A DNA stretch of 64,000 nt from Protoeuglena noctilucae (Eukaryota), in the NCBI GenBank assembly GCA_958009085.1, contig OY253675.1, positions 1-64,000 of the forward strand. The letters are read 5' to 3'. The notes under the pieces were generated by a model that was given only the letters and a program-made list of their open reading frames with translations, did not search any database and was not told the origin of the DNA. The position numbers and the translations under genes are program-made. Shown in pieces: positions 25,301-38,213 of the stretch (position 1 is the first letter of the stretch; every line of letters begins with the position of its first letter).

Positions 25301-27833
25301 CGCCCGTGCCTCACGCGTGCTCTTCTTGCGATGCGCTCATCATCACACCATCCATCTCTGCTCTCCCGCAGGCGCCAGTTGGAGGCCATGCTTGCGGACC
25401 GTGAGAGGGAGGTGCTGGTGCTGCAGGACCAGGTCATCAAGATGAGGGGGAAGGCACAGGTGAGACGGGTGGATCATGGCTGGACATGATGGGGGAAGCG
25501 CGTGTGAGCTTGGGCTGTGATTGATTGCACCACCCCACTGCCGCTCCCGCCATCCTGTCAACACCCCTGTCACCACCCCACTTACGACCCCTGTCACCAC
25601 CCTGTCACCACGCGCATCACCACGCTTCACATCTGCCCCTCTCCTCCCCCCCAGTGTGCCGAGCTCCTCCGCCAAGAGGACAGCAGGGACATGGGCAACT
25701 CCAACGCAATCGAGCACGACCGGGCGGCAGGGCCCATGGACCGGGCCATGCGCACCGAGACGTTCGCGCTGCCACAGGCGAGGGGCGTTGCTGCGCATGA
25801 TGGACGTCACCGCATTCAAAGCCACTAGCCCTTCTGTCCAATGCCGCCCACAGGTCGCTATCAACATGCCACCTCTTTGGCTGTTGCTCATCTCCCTTAC
25901 GCCCCACCGCATCTGCATGTAACTGTCACCCTCCCTCCCCCACCCGCAGCTCTCGTCGCGCCCCCCCGGCGACGCCAGCCCCTCCCGCAGCCACGGCCGC
26001 CATCCCTGGGACCCATCCACAGCCACGGCCACACATACAGGGGCACAGTCGACTGGGCCATCCCTCGCGGCATCGGAGGCACAAGCGAGGGCGGCAGCAC
26101 AGGGCCAGTCACAGGGGCAGCAACAGGGGCAGGGGCAGGGGCAGTGGCAGTCGCAGGGTATGCCGCCTGGCTGGGCCCCGCATGGAGGGCCGCAGCAAGG
26201 AGGGCCGCGGGGCCCAGGGCCGTACGGAGCACCGCAGTACCCGCAAGGGCAGCATCAGCCACAGCAGTACCCTCCGGGGCAGCACTCAGGCGCTTACATG
26301 CAAGGCCCTCAGATGCAAGGCCCTCAGATGCAGGGGCCAGGGCCGTACCCCCCGGGTGGCCCTCGTGCCCCGCAGCCGGGAATGCAAGGCCTCCCGCAGC
26401 AGCAGCAGCAGTGGGCAAGTCACCCGAATGCGGCGGCTGTGCCCCCCGTCCCTCGCGACGCCTGGGCCGGCAGCCCGTCACGCCCACCGCAGCCACAGGC
26501 GAGGCGATGCAGTCGGCTAACTGGCAGCGGGTGTTCTTAGCATAGCGTCGGCAGTGAGAATATTGCATCGATTCCAACGCCTGCTGCCCTGCTAGTAATC
26601 TTATGTTCATTTCCTCATCCACTTGCAGACCCACGGCTTTGTTGCAACGAGCGCATCCCAGTCGGCCCCACCCCCGGCCGTGGCCGTCCGCGCCCACCCG
26701 GCAGCCCCGGCAGCGCTCGGCGGCCCAGCTCCCGTCGTCACAAGCGAGGCGCACGCAGTGGGGGCCGGGGGCACTGCGCAGGGATGGGGTGCGCCGGTGG
26801 GTGGCAGGAGCACGCTGGGATTGGCGGGGGCAGGAGCAGGCACGGCGAGGGGTGTACCTTCGATGGATGCGGAGGCAGTCGCGTCACCCGCACCCACGAC
26901 TGGCCCCACCTCTCTGCCCACGGCGTTCGGGCGGTCGTCCATCGTCGGGACAGGCGAGGGGGACTCATGGGCAGAAAGGATGACATCAGTCAGTTTCACA
27001 TTGAGTGGCTGTGCATGTCTCTGTTAGACAGCTGCACCATGCATGGCCGACCTGTGCACCCGTCGATTCACCTCCCTTGCTCGCTCCCCTCGCCAACATT
27101 TGCATCATTCCCAGTCACCCTCTTTCTCCTTTCCCCGCAGCGTCCTCCACCCCCCGCTACAACCTCAACGCCCTCATCCAGGCGCGGTTGGGGGACGGAG
27201 CAGAGGGGCGTTCGGACGTGGCAGACGCGCTCCTCAGATCCGCCAAGGCGAGCATGCCAGTGCACTCACCAAGCGCCGTGCACAGGACTGCACAGTTGAT
27301 GGATATAACGAGCCTGTTAGGGAGCCAGTCAGTCACTCCCCAGGCAACTCAATCTCTCCCGTGCAGCAGTCTGTGACCGTGCCATGCCTCGCTCCTCCCC
27401 GCAGCCCGCCGCCCCCACCCCCCTCCGTCCCACCGCGCCCCTCCCCGCCCTCGCCACGCATCCCCGCACCGCCGGCGGCTCAGGGGTCGCCGCCCCTCCC
27501 GGCAGTGCCCTCGACCTGGCCTACAAGATGGGATTCGGGGGACTGGGCAACTCGCACGCAGCCTCCCACGGCCCCTCCAGCGCCCCGGGCCGCGCCGCCA
27601 TCACCGCCGGTGCGGGTGTCGGTGCGGGGGGTGGCGCGTCGTTTGGTCGGTCTTCGCTGGGCGCCGCGGCATCGCCTGTGCGGGGTGCAAAGGCCGGAAA
27701 GCGCTCTCAGGGCGGGGGTGTGGCTGCCGGGGCGTCGTTCGGTGCCGGTTCTTGGGCGTACATCCTCGGCCCCCGCGCCAGCTCTGTGGTGGCGCAGCAG
27801 ATGGCAAGACGTGGGGCGGGACTCAACGCGTGA
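22337..27833 (+). CDS. Kinesin motor protein with coiled coil and Pro/Gln-rich tail, multi-exon
   Basis: [91 protein letters not shown]-terminal exons less certain. Confidence 0.9.
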
Positions 27834-28233
27834 CCATGTGATCGAGATTGCTTGGTGAAACGATGGAGCAATGATTTATGCTGTCTTCAATGCGATCAGT
27901 GGCAGGCATAGCGGAGCGCACTGCTCCTTATCCATGCATAGCTCTCTATGACTAGCGAAACACCGATCGTAGTGGTTCAAGCTACTCTCAGATGGGATCT
28001 CCTCAAGGAAGCCCCAGCTACTCTATGGTCGCGTGCCACGCGCACCTCCCCCATCCCACGTATCTCTCCCCACTTAGCCACCTCGTGGCCCAACATAGCT
28101 CATCTACGTCGCATCCACCCGACCCCACACAGCTCTTCCCACTCCCACCCACCCCAGCCACTCTACATGGTCTCATCTACATCCACCCAGCAACCCCCAC
28201 AGCTCGTCCCACTCCCCACCCACCCAAGCCACC

Positions 28234-29400
28234 CTACAGCTCGTCGTGGGTGGATATGGCGGCTGTGGCTGCCATCCTGGCATAGTAGTCGCGGTAGTGC
28301 CTGGCCACGGGGCTCTGCACCCACCCGGCCCGCAGCAGGAAGGTGGCGACATAGACCAACAACAAGAGGGCCAGCACGCCCCCAGATATGACGGCCAGTT
28401 CCACCTTCTCTGTCCGATCAAGGGCGTCAGAAACAGGGTCGCGGGCACCCATGGCGGCGTCGTCGCGCTTGGGCGCAGGGGCCGACGCCGGGGTGCGGGA
28501 GACGAGGGAGGCGCGGCCGGGGCGGTCAAAGGCAGCGCCAGTGCCGGTGCCAGTGCCAGTGGCGGTGGTGGACGCCGCACTGCCGGCCGCGTCGGAGGGG
28601 GTGGCGGCGCCGCTGCCCTGGGAGGAACGGCCCAGCCAGCGCTCGCGGGCCAGGGAGGAGCCGGCGGAGGAGGTGCCGCTCCGGAAACTGCGGGGAAGAC
28701 GATGGTCTACACATATGAGGGGTGGCATTGATGGGCAGCACTGGAGGGCTCAGTCGCCGCGCAGCCGGCCCTCCAAGCGTCCCGGTGCCCATGTGTCCTA
28801 TCCTGACATGCCAATGTGTCATTCCGACCCTCCGATACTCGCCCTGAGGTAGTGGCGGTGCCGGTCGCGGTGCCCTGGGGCGAGCGACGCACGGAAGTGA
28901 TGAGAGGCGCGCCCGTGATGCCCGCCAGGCGCTGCCCGGCGACGGACGAATCCACGACGTACGCATCCCGGCGCATCCTGTGGCACAGAGCGCTTTGTGT
29001 CGTCGCGCGAACACGTGAAACATTGCAATGCGCGTCTTCGTTCTCGTGCGCGACAGTGTCGGGATTTCGAAGCTCGCGGGATGAGGATTTGTAGTGACGC
29101 AACACGCATCGCTGAGGATTTACAGGAAGCGGCGTCGGGGCACGCGGGTCACCTGTCTCGCATCCCCGGCGGAGTGCGGCTTCGTTTCGGGTTCACGGGC
29201 GGCTTGCCGGCGAGCCGGACGCCGCCCGTGAACTCATCTCCCTCCTCCATTGCTTCCACCGTCCGGCAACGAGCGGAGCCCGGGCCCGGCGATGCCGACA
29301 CTCGCGCAGCACTCCCTCGCTGTGGCTTTGTGAAGTTGAATGGCACGGACTGCCTTAGTTCGACCTGCCTCACAGAGCTGGCGGGGACGGTTTGCGCCAT
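28234..29400 (-). CDS. Hypothetical protein with C-terminal TM helix ending in HDEL (3-exon model)
   Basis: Three exons joined in frame through one GT-AG and one GC-AG intron. TM segment LAVISGGVLALLLLVYVATFLL; ends STHDEL*. Confidence 0.55.
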
Positions 29401-29692
29401 CGTGGCGTCACGGTCCTGCTGCGGCAAGACGGAGGGATGGGTCAGACCCTGATGCCAGGCGCCGCTGGTGTCCTCTTCAGCGTGTGGCGCACCGCGTGCA
29501 TCGCATTCGCTCACATAGGTCTCTGCGGCACCCTTGGAAACACGATCAAAGCTTGCATTTGCCGGGAGAGCGCGAGCGTGCGTATTGCTTGAGTGACTGG
29601 CGTGGCCCCGCAGTATAACAGCGCGCTTGCCGCGTGTGCAAGTCGAGAGCTGAGCGAAGTCAGCTTGTGCGTCGTCGGGAAGCCGCGCCGTC

Positions 29693-32600
29693 ATGTCGGG
29701 GCCGGCGCAAACGCCCATCTCCACATCAGGGTTCGCGCCCGCCGGCGCGTCCCGGGGACGTCTTCTCGTCTCTCCCCGCCCTCACGCCGGCAATTTCTCT
29801 CGACGTTGCGTGTGTCTGCGAGCCAAGCGGCGCGAGACAGTGGCCGGGATAGGTGAGCCAGCCAGGCGTGCCGTGCATGAGCCTGCGACCGCGACCCGCT
29901 TCGCCGGAACGCTTTGTGATTGCTCACCACAGACCTGGGGACGACGAACTCGGCGGTGGCCGTCGTGGAGGACGGAGAGCCAGGTGTGACGGGCGCAGCC
30001 GCCCTGCCGCACACTGCCTCCACGATGCCATCCCATGCCCCATCCCATCGCCGCCCTCTCTGCTCTCCACCGCCCGCAGCCATCGTCCCCGACGCCTCCG
30101 GGCGTCTGTTGGTGCCCTCGGTGGTGGCGCTGACGGCGGATGGCGACACGCTGGTGGGGTGGCCGGCCCGCAAGCACGCAGCGACTGACCCACGGAACAC
30201 CTTCCACTCCGTCAAGAGGCAAGGGGTGATGGATGATGTGGCTGCATGATATACACGTCACAATTACATTGGAGGATTCTCATCACGCTGGGTGCTGGAG
30301 GCCTGCACCCACACATGGCCCATGCCAGCCCAGCTAGCACCTGTGGCACATCTTGCCATCTGCTTCCAACCCCGTCCCATCAGTCGTAGACACAAATCCC
30401 TCACACGTTCCCCCCAGGTTCATCGGCAAGCCCCTGAGCGAGTGTGGTGAGGACCAGGCAGCGGTGGCGTTCGCGTTGAGGAGCGACGAGGACGGCACGG
30501 TCATGCTGGCAAGCGACCGGGTGCCAGAAGGGAGGCTATACCCGGAGGAGGTGTCGGGGGCGGTGCTGAGTCAGCTGCTGGACCAGGCGAGGGGCGCATG
30601 GGACAGCAGGGCACCCCATGCAAGGGTTACTCAGCTGAGGGCCATGCGTGGCAGCAGGGAGGCCATCGCATCGCTCGCACTCCGCAACACCTCTTATCAT
30701 CTCTCTCCGTCACCCACCGTGTCTACTTTAGTAGCTAGCACACATGTGAGCTCTCTTCATATGCGCATGCTACCCTACCCACCCCCGCAGGTGGCGGACG
30801 CGTACGGCGACCGACCCACCAAGGCAGTGGTGGGCGTGCCAGCCTACTTCTCCGAAGCGCAGCGGGAGGCGACGCTGCAAGCGGGCATGTGCGCGGGGCT
30901 GGAGGTGGTGCGACTGATCCACGAGCCCGTCGCTGCTGCGTTGGCGTATGGCGTGGACCTGAAAGAGGACCGCACCGTGCTGGTGTTCGATTTGGGTGGC
31001 GGCACCTATGACGTGTCTATCCTGGAAGTGGGAAATGGGGTCGTGGAGGTGCTGGCGACCGGGGGCGACCCTCACCTGGGCGGTGATGACTTTGACGCGG
31101 CGATTGCGCGGTGGCTGGGCGACGAGCACCTGAGGCCGCGGGGGGTGGACCCGGGGGACCCCGCGGTGGCGTCGGGGCTGCGGGCGGTGGCGGAGGCGGC
31201 CAAGGTGCGGCTGTCTTCGGTGGAGCGGGTGGCCGTGGCCATGCCGCTGCCGGGGGGCGGGAGGGCCGAGGCGGTCGTGACGAGGCAGAAGGTGGAGGAG
31301 TTGTGCGGGGAGCTGTTCCGGTGAGTCAGCGGGAGGGGGAAAGAGGCGTGGGATGTGTGTGGGGAACTATTTGTGTTGATGAGGGGCAGAGGGGTGGGAT
31401 GTGGTGCGGGGAGCTGTGTTGGTGAGACGCGATGCAGAGAGAGCGGTGGGGAGCGTGCAGCGCAGCTGTGTTTGTGCATCGAGCATTGTCATGCCTCCCT
31501 CAGCCGTTGCCCCTCTCGTGTCCTCAGCCGCGCTCGGCTCCCTTTGGACCAGTGCTGCTGGCAGGCGGGGGTGGACCTGGGATCGTCGACCATGGAGGGG
31601 GAGTACAGGGGAGGGAAGCTGGTGAAAGTGGGGGAGGGGCAGGTGGGTGCGAGGGGTGGTTGCAGGATGGGTGGGATGGAGAGGTGTGAGGAGAGGCTTG
31701 GTTAGTTTTGAGTGCGCAAGTGCGGCAGGTGTCATGGATGGGACAGAGCTGACTGGGTGTATGGGTGGGGCGTGTGCCTATTATGATAACCAGCGCGTGT
31801 GCTTCACGCCTCGTGTGTGTCGTCTGCAGGGGGCCGTCAGGTCATCCTCCGCTGCCCGCAAGCGCTCCCCTGACAAGGGCGACGGGACGCGCCGGCAGCC
31901 GCTGAGCGAGGTGCTGCTGGTGGGGGGCGCCACGCGCATGCCGGCCGTGAGGCGGTTCGTGCGCAACATGACGGGGGTGGAGCCCAGGTGAGACGAAGAA
32001 GAGGCGTCGCATGATGTGGGGGGACGCATTGCATGGAGTGGGATGATGTAGCATGGGATGGGGTGACGAATTGCATATGGTGGGATGATACAGGTCAGAC
32101 CTCTATCAAAGATGCGTTACCGCGTGCCTGCCCTGCCACTCCACACCTCGGCCGACTGCGTGCATTCCTGGCACGCGTGCTGTCCCGTCGCTCCCATCCA
32201 ACCCCATCCTCGCTCGTCGCCCGTCCCACCGACGTCCTAGTCTCTGGCCATTATCTGGACATACGCCATCCAATCATCCCCCTTCCTGGTCACCAGGGAG
32301 TCTGCCGTGCATTACTTACTATTAAGTCATCCATTCATCCCCTGTTTCTCGTGCATTGCTTACTGATACTCATCCATTTCTCCCCTGTTCCTCGCCACCA
32401 GGGAGTCTGCCGTGGACCCGGACCTGGCGGTGGCGCTGGGTGCGGCGGTGCAGGCGGGCATCTACCAGGGGGAGGTGGCGGGACTGATGGTGATCGATCC
32501 GTGGAAGGCGGCGCTGATGCGGGCGTTCGCGGCGAGGGCGCTGGAGAGGGGGGAGGTGGACCCGGCGGCAGTGGGGGTGGAGGTGGGGGAAGAGGATGTG

Positions 32601-32762
32601 GGGGATGAGGTGGGGGAGGAGGGTGAGGGGGATGAGGATGGGGACGACAGGGAGCGGGAGGTGGGGGAGGGAGAGGTGGGTGATGCTTGGAGTGACGATG
32701 AGTCCGATGGGGAGGTGGCGGGGGGGAGGAGCACGATAGAGAGGGCGGGGCGCGGTGGGTGA
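29693..32762 (+). CDS. Atypical Hsp70/DnaK-family protein (ATPase domain only, acidic tail), probably organelle-targeted
   Basis: [92 protein letters not shown]. No substrate-binding domain before the stop. Confidence 0.88.
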
Positions 32763-33578
32763 CGAGGGCGAGAGTGGGATACGCGCAGGGGGAGTTAAAT
32801 TGTTTAACTTGCATTTGGGAACGGAAGGCCGTGGGATGGTGCGAAGCTGGCACCATCAGCCCCGCTCCGTCCCCGTGGGATCCCGCAAGAGCCAGGCGCG
32901 GGCACCGGCTGCCCGACAGCAACGCTGCTGACGACCGGCTGCGGACGACTCCCGCACCGCCGCGGCCGCACGGACCACCGGCCAGCCCATCGACGGGGCT
33001 CGGCTCGCAAACAAGCAAGCGAGGACACGCCACGTGCTGTCGGCTGCCTGCGCGTCGCTTGCCGCTCGTCGGGTGCAGAGATACTGTCGGAAACACTCGG
33101 CGACGGATGGCCCGGCCGACGCGCGCATCGACGCAGACGCCGACAGCAGCGGGGCAATCGCAGGCCTGGCGCGCAACCGACACGGGGCCTCCCCCGCGCG
33201 GCCCGGGCACCGACCGCGGGGCTCGGGTCCGGCGCAGCACACATCTCGCGACTCGTTTGATGCGAGCCTGAGCCATCGGTCGCGAGCGCGCGTGCGGAGT
33301 GAGCCGGAACCGAGGCTGGTCACGCAGTGCAGAGCTTGAGGCATCGTCTGCGTCCGCGCCGCATCGTTCCGGGGCCGAGGGGGCCGTGCGCAGGACGCGT
33401 GAGTGGAGCATGCAGCTGTTTGGCAGGACGGGGCCGGACGGGAGGCCTCCGACGCCGCGCCTGCGCTGGTTGGATGCAACGCATGCGTGGGCAGCCACGA
33501 CGGTGCGCGGCGGGCGTGTCCGCAGACGAGGCGGCGATCCCGGGTGGTGGAGACGCTGAGCAATCGTCGGAGCCCACT

Positions 33579-35150
33579 ATGAGGGGTCCGCGCGTGGGTG
33601 AGGCGCTGCAGCCAGGCCGTCGCGCTGTTGCATTGCTTGGGCTGGGTCGTGCGGGCACCTTGCGTGGGCCGTTGGTTTGCGCAGGGTGGGGCGACCTGCC
33701 CGGGGAGATGCATCGCGAGATCCTGCGGCTGGTGCCGCTGCGCGATGCGACGGCGGCGCGGGCGGTGTCGCGGGAGATGCGCGAGCAGGTGGACGAGGTG
33801 TGGAGGGCGTGGGGCATCCGGGCCACGGCGGAGGACATGAGGGGGGAAATTTTCGATTATTTCAGCTGTTCAACGGAGGACCACGAGCTTCTATATGACC
33901 CGCTGGTGGTGTACGCAATTGAGGGGTCCCATGCGCACCACCTGGCAAGCCTAGGGCTGTGGTGGCTGCCGGTGCTGGTGGCGGAGGGGCCGGGCATCCA
34001 CGGCACGTCATAGGCCGTGCGTGATGATCGGGACATCGACCAGTCGCCGCTGATGTTGGCGGTGCGGGCTCTGCGTCCGTCGGAGCGGGTCACGGACGGC
34101 GAGGTAGACCGGGAGTATGCACTGGTGGACGAGGAGGTGGCGCGGATGGTGCGGGCGGCGGTGGGGATGGGGGCGGACGTCAACCGGCGGCCGCAGAGAG
34201 CATGGCCGCTGATGACGTACTGCGCGATGCGGGGCTGCTTGGAGGCGATGAAGGCTTGCCTGGCTGCGGGGGCAGAGGTGGACGCGGCAAGATGCGATGA
34301 AGAAGGGGATTGGTTCACGGCGTTGTTGCACGCCGGGCATGGGGGTCACGAGGCGGTGGTGGAGGCGCTGCTGGAGGCGGGGGCGTCGGCCACGGTTGGA
34401 CTGGACGGCGAGGATGAGACGTTATTGACGGTGTGCCAGGGCATTCCGACGCCAAGCATCGTGCGTCGTCTGGCGGAGGCGGGGGCGGACGTCTGCGGTG
34501 GTACCTCCAGGAGGGGCTACACGGCCCTCATGGTTGCAGCACGGATGGGCAACCTGGCCGTGATGGAGGCCCTGGTGGACCTGGGGGTGGATATGACTTT
34601 CGCTAACATTTACGGACGCACCGCGATACACTTCGCGACGCGCACTGCATCAGCGGAGGAGGTGCGGTGGCTGGCGGAGCGTGGGGTGAGCGTCCAGGGC
34701 AATGGGGTCAACGACTCCCCACTCCAGTTCGCATGCCTCTTCGGCCACGTCGACGCCGTCCGCGCTCTGATCGAGCTGGGGGCGGATGTCCACTACATGG
34801 GTGGGGAGGCTGAAACGGCTCTCCACTGCGCGGTGCAAGGTAGTCAAGAGGAAGCGGCAGTAGAGATAGTGCGGCTTCTGCTGGCGGCGGGGGCGGACGC
34901 CAGGGCTGTCGGTAGGGAGGGCCAGACACCCCTGCATATGGTCATGCACGCCGCTTGCGTGGACCCGCTGGTGGACGCCGGGGCAGACCTGGAGGCACGG
35001 GACAGCAGGGGCAGGACACCGCTCCGGGTCGCTGCATCTCACTCGCCTTGCAGAGTCGAGGTGGTGGTGCAGCTGGCGGACCGCAGAATGGAGGAGCTGC
35101 GGGCGCAGCTCAGCGGCGGGCAACCCGGGCTGACGGCGCATGCAGGTTGA
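33579..35150 (+). pseudogene. Intronless F-box + ankyrin-repeat gene with an in-frame TAG at 34011-34013
   Basis: F-box-like WGDLPGEMHREILRLVPLRDATAARAVSREMR. The same frame continues after TAG into ankyrin repeats (TALLHAG, GYTALMVAA, GRTAIHFA, SPLQFAC, ETALHCAV, GQTPLH, GRTPL). Confidence 0.75.
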
Positions 35151-35762
35151 GGGCGTGGGGCAGGCGTGGGTCCTGAGTAGGTGATTGTCGGGTTTCTGAG
35201 ACGTGCATGGCCAGCAGCAGGAGAGGGTCTGAGTGCAACTGACTTCGCCGCTGAGTGCAGATCGCCAAAGGACCGGCGTTGGCGCAGCGCAGCCCACGGC
35301 AGTGCGGGTGATGGTGAGGTGGCGCGCATGTGCGGGAGCGTGGGGTGGCGTTTGGTTGCTCGGACCCAACATCCAGCCGTGTCGCCGCAACAGGCAGCGG
35401 TGCAATGGAGGACGGGTGGGCAGTGTGGCGACGTATGGCGCTGCGTCGATGTGAGGGTCGGTCCTTCACAGCGAGCAGCGGGCATGCGGCGGCCAGCCAG
35501 GGGGCGACAGGTGCGGCGCTTTAGGGAGGAAGGCGCGAGTGCGGGTGCATATGTGCGGGGCTGCGAGCCTGTGCCCTTGGGAGGCGCGCATTGAAACGGA
35601 GGCAAGCAGCCGGATGAGCCCACATGCGTCATTCCATCCATCCATCCATCCATCCAGTCAAGCGGCACAGCTGGCGCCCCATGGCATGTGGGCCACTGCT
35701 GCCACGATCACCGCTGCCCAGGATGTCGCTTCCACGCCCGTCCCCTCCCCCTGCTTCCCTCC

Positions 35763-37552
35763 TCACAGCATGAAGATGAGGTCGTTGTTGCGCACGCCCG
35801 TCCCCACGTAGAGCCCCCCCGACTCGAGCGTCCTGGCGTCGTAGTAGAAGGCGTACCCCAGCCACACCATCGACCGCACCGTCGCGCGACCCGACAGCTC
35901 CTCGTAGCGCACCGTCCACGTGCCCCTCGGGTCCTTGGCCACCGTGGCATGCGCGGCGGGGCCGGGCAGGAAGTGGAGGTACGACTCGAGTTTCTCCGGG
36001 TGGGGCAGGCCGCGGAAGGACAGGTTGGCGACGATGTCGTTATCGGCGTTCTCCACCAGGGCGCCCACGGGCACCAGGCCGCTGGGGGAGGGGTGGGCGC
36101 GGTGGGCGTGAGGGCTGGGGACGCCAACACAGGTCTAACACAGGTCGGCAATGCAATCCCACTCCACCCATTGCCTGTGGTCGTTTCTCACCAGTCCCTC
36201 GTCACGGTCTGGCACAGGTACTTGAGCCTCTTGATCTCCTGCACCGTCTGCGCATCGCCCTCCCCCTCCGCGGCCGCCTCCTCGCCCTCCTTGGGGATCA
36301 CCTCGAGGCCATTTACGACCTGAGAGGGACGGAGGGAGAGGAATCGCATTTGACAAAAGCAGGGGCGATGGGCCACGTACCCTTAAACACGCTGCGTGGT
36401 TGGTGTGGAGGAGGCGGGGTGGTGCGACGGACCGGCAGAGAGCCCCGCAGAAAGCGTGCCACGTTTGCAAATATACACAACAGAGTATAACTACACGAGC
36501 AGCGCCGAGCACGCGACCGCACGCTGCCCCTGCACCGTCCCCGTCTCTCCCTGCCCTCGCCTGGTACACGTACGCGGGGTCCCCCGTGAACTGGGTGTTG
36601 ACCTTGGCGCACACCGCCGCCTCCTCCGCGGAGATGTCGTCCAGGTCGGCCCAGTTGACGCCGTCCTGGGTGTAGAAGTGACGCAGCTCCAGATGCACCT
36701 TGCCCTGCATGACGCATACGGGGGACGGCCGTTGAGTGACATGTGCATTGGCTGCCATCGAGCAGCGAGTGGTAGAGTAGAGTCTATGGTCGAGTGGCTA
36801 CTTTGACTCCCTCAGCTGACGCGCCCTCGCCTTGTAGAGGTAGGCGCGGTTGTACCCCTCCGCCACCACGTAGTCCTTGCCGTTCTTGGTCAGCACGCGG
36901 CCCCAGAGGTAGAGCTTCTCCAGCCCAGATTCGGCCTTCTTCAGCGGCAGCGAATAGGCGATCGCGCTCTGCGGAGGGCGCGGGGGATCGGCGGGGGAGG
37001 TCGGGGATGTGTCGAGCGCCTGTTGGGGTCGCGAGGAAGCGGGGGGAGCCAGCGGGGGGATGCAAAGATACGAGCGAGTCTTCGAGAAAGAAAACAACAT
37101 GCAGATAATCTCGCAGCGCGCGTGCGCCGCGCCGCGGGGCGGCGGGCCTCCCAGCATGCAACAGAGGATGCGCCGGACGACGCCGCGCCCAGCGGCCTCT
37201 GAGACTCGCGGAGGCATGCTATGCATACATGACCAAAGCCGCGTGAGCGCCTGCTGGAGGAAAGCATGCGCGGGCGTCTACGGAGGGGCCCAGCTGCGCT
37301 GCTCGCGAGCGTGCGGATTCGCCGCGCCCGCATGGCTCACAGTCACCCCACGATATCTCTATGACGCAAACCTTTTGCACCAAAACTCCGCAGCTGCGCA
37401 CCCAGTGGCCGCGAGCGGCCCCCGGCGGCGCGAGGCGGGGGACATGCATGTCGGGCGGACGTCTTGCCCACCTTGTGCTCCAGCGTCAGCGGCGCGCCCG
37501 ACGTGGACAGCGCGTCCACCGTAAGAAGAAAGTGTGGCTCCGTGTGCACCAT
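35763..37552 (-). CDS. RSP9: Radial spoke head protein 9 homolog, 5 exons
   Basis: LYLWGRVLTKNGKDYVVAEG, FYTQDGVNWADL, FTGDPAYVY, VPVGAL...NLSFRGL, VRSMVWLGYAFY, LYVGTGVRNNDLIFML*. Confidence 0.92.
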
Positions 37553-38213
37553 TCCCGCCCGCCCCCGAACCCCGCTGGCCCGCGTCGGCCCTGTGCGATG
37601 GAGTGGGCTGTCTTCGCGGATGCCTGCCGAGAATGCGCGCTCGGGACAGCAGGCGTCGCAGTATCTGCTTCGTGACAACGTGCTTCTGCAGGCTTCGGGG
37701 CGCGAGCGCGCGCGCGGGGACGGGGAGCGCGAGGCGAGGGCTCTGACATGGCATGCCAGGAAAAATCAAGGAAGAGGCCAGTTGACGCCGGGTTCGCTTG
37801 CAATTGCGCTTGCCGCGTTCGAAACATGCTGGACACTACCATGCGGAGGGAACGTCGCGCCGCACACGCTTACATAGGGCCCGGTGCACGCGCCCTAGAC
37901 TTCAGTTTCACTGCCCCTCTGCTTCCCCTTCGCTGTTGCTCCCCGTGCTCGCTTCCGCGTCGTGGGTGTCCTGGCGCCTCCGCTTCTGGTGCTGGCACCG
38001 CCGCCGCGGGAACAACGTCTCGGGATCTCCTTCCGCGATCCCCGTCGTCTCTCGCAGATCCCCCCAGAGCCTAGGCATGCACCGTCGTGCCCCTGGCATC
38101 CTGGCGATCCCAGTCCCAACCACCACCCCGCACATGGCGGCTGTCTCTAGTCCGTACATGCGTCACTTCACAGCACAGAGTTCGCTGAGGCGGGAGCGCC
38201 TGTGTCTATCTGC

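Noticed and set aside
28538..28562. Shared CCAGTGCCGGTG repeat with COPA 46389-46418
   Set aside because: Both encode simple Thr-Gly dipeptide runs; convergent low complexity.
34011..34013. TAG reassigned to Gln (non-standard code as in some ulvophytes)
   Set aside because: TAG appears to terminate NOC1, the U2AF65-like gene and the HDEL protein, and the conserved genes show no internal TAA/TAG.
37780..37860. tRNA-like element (GTTCGAAAC)
   Set aside because: No cloverleaf stems or A-box could be built around it.
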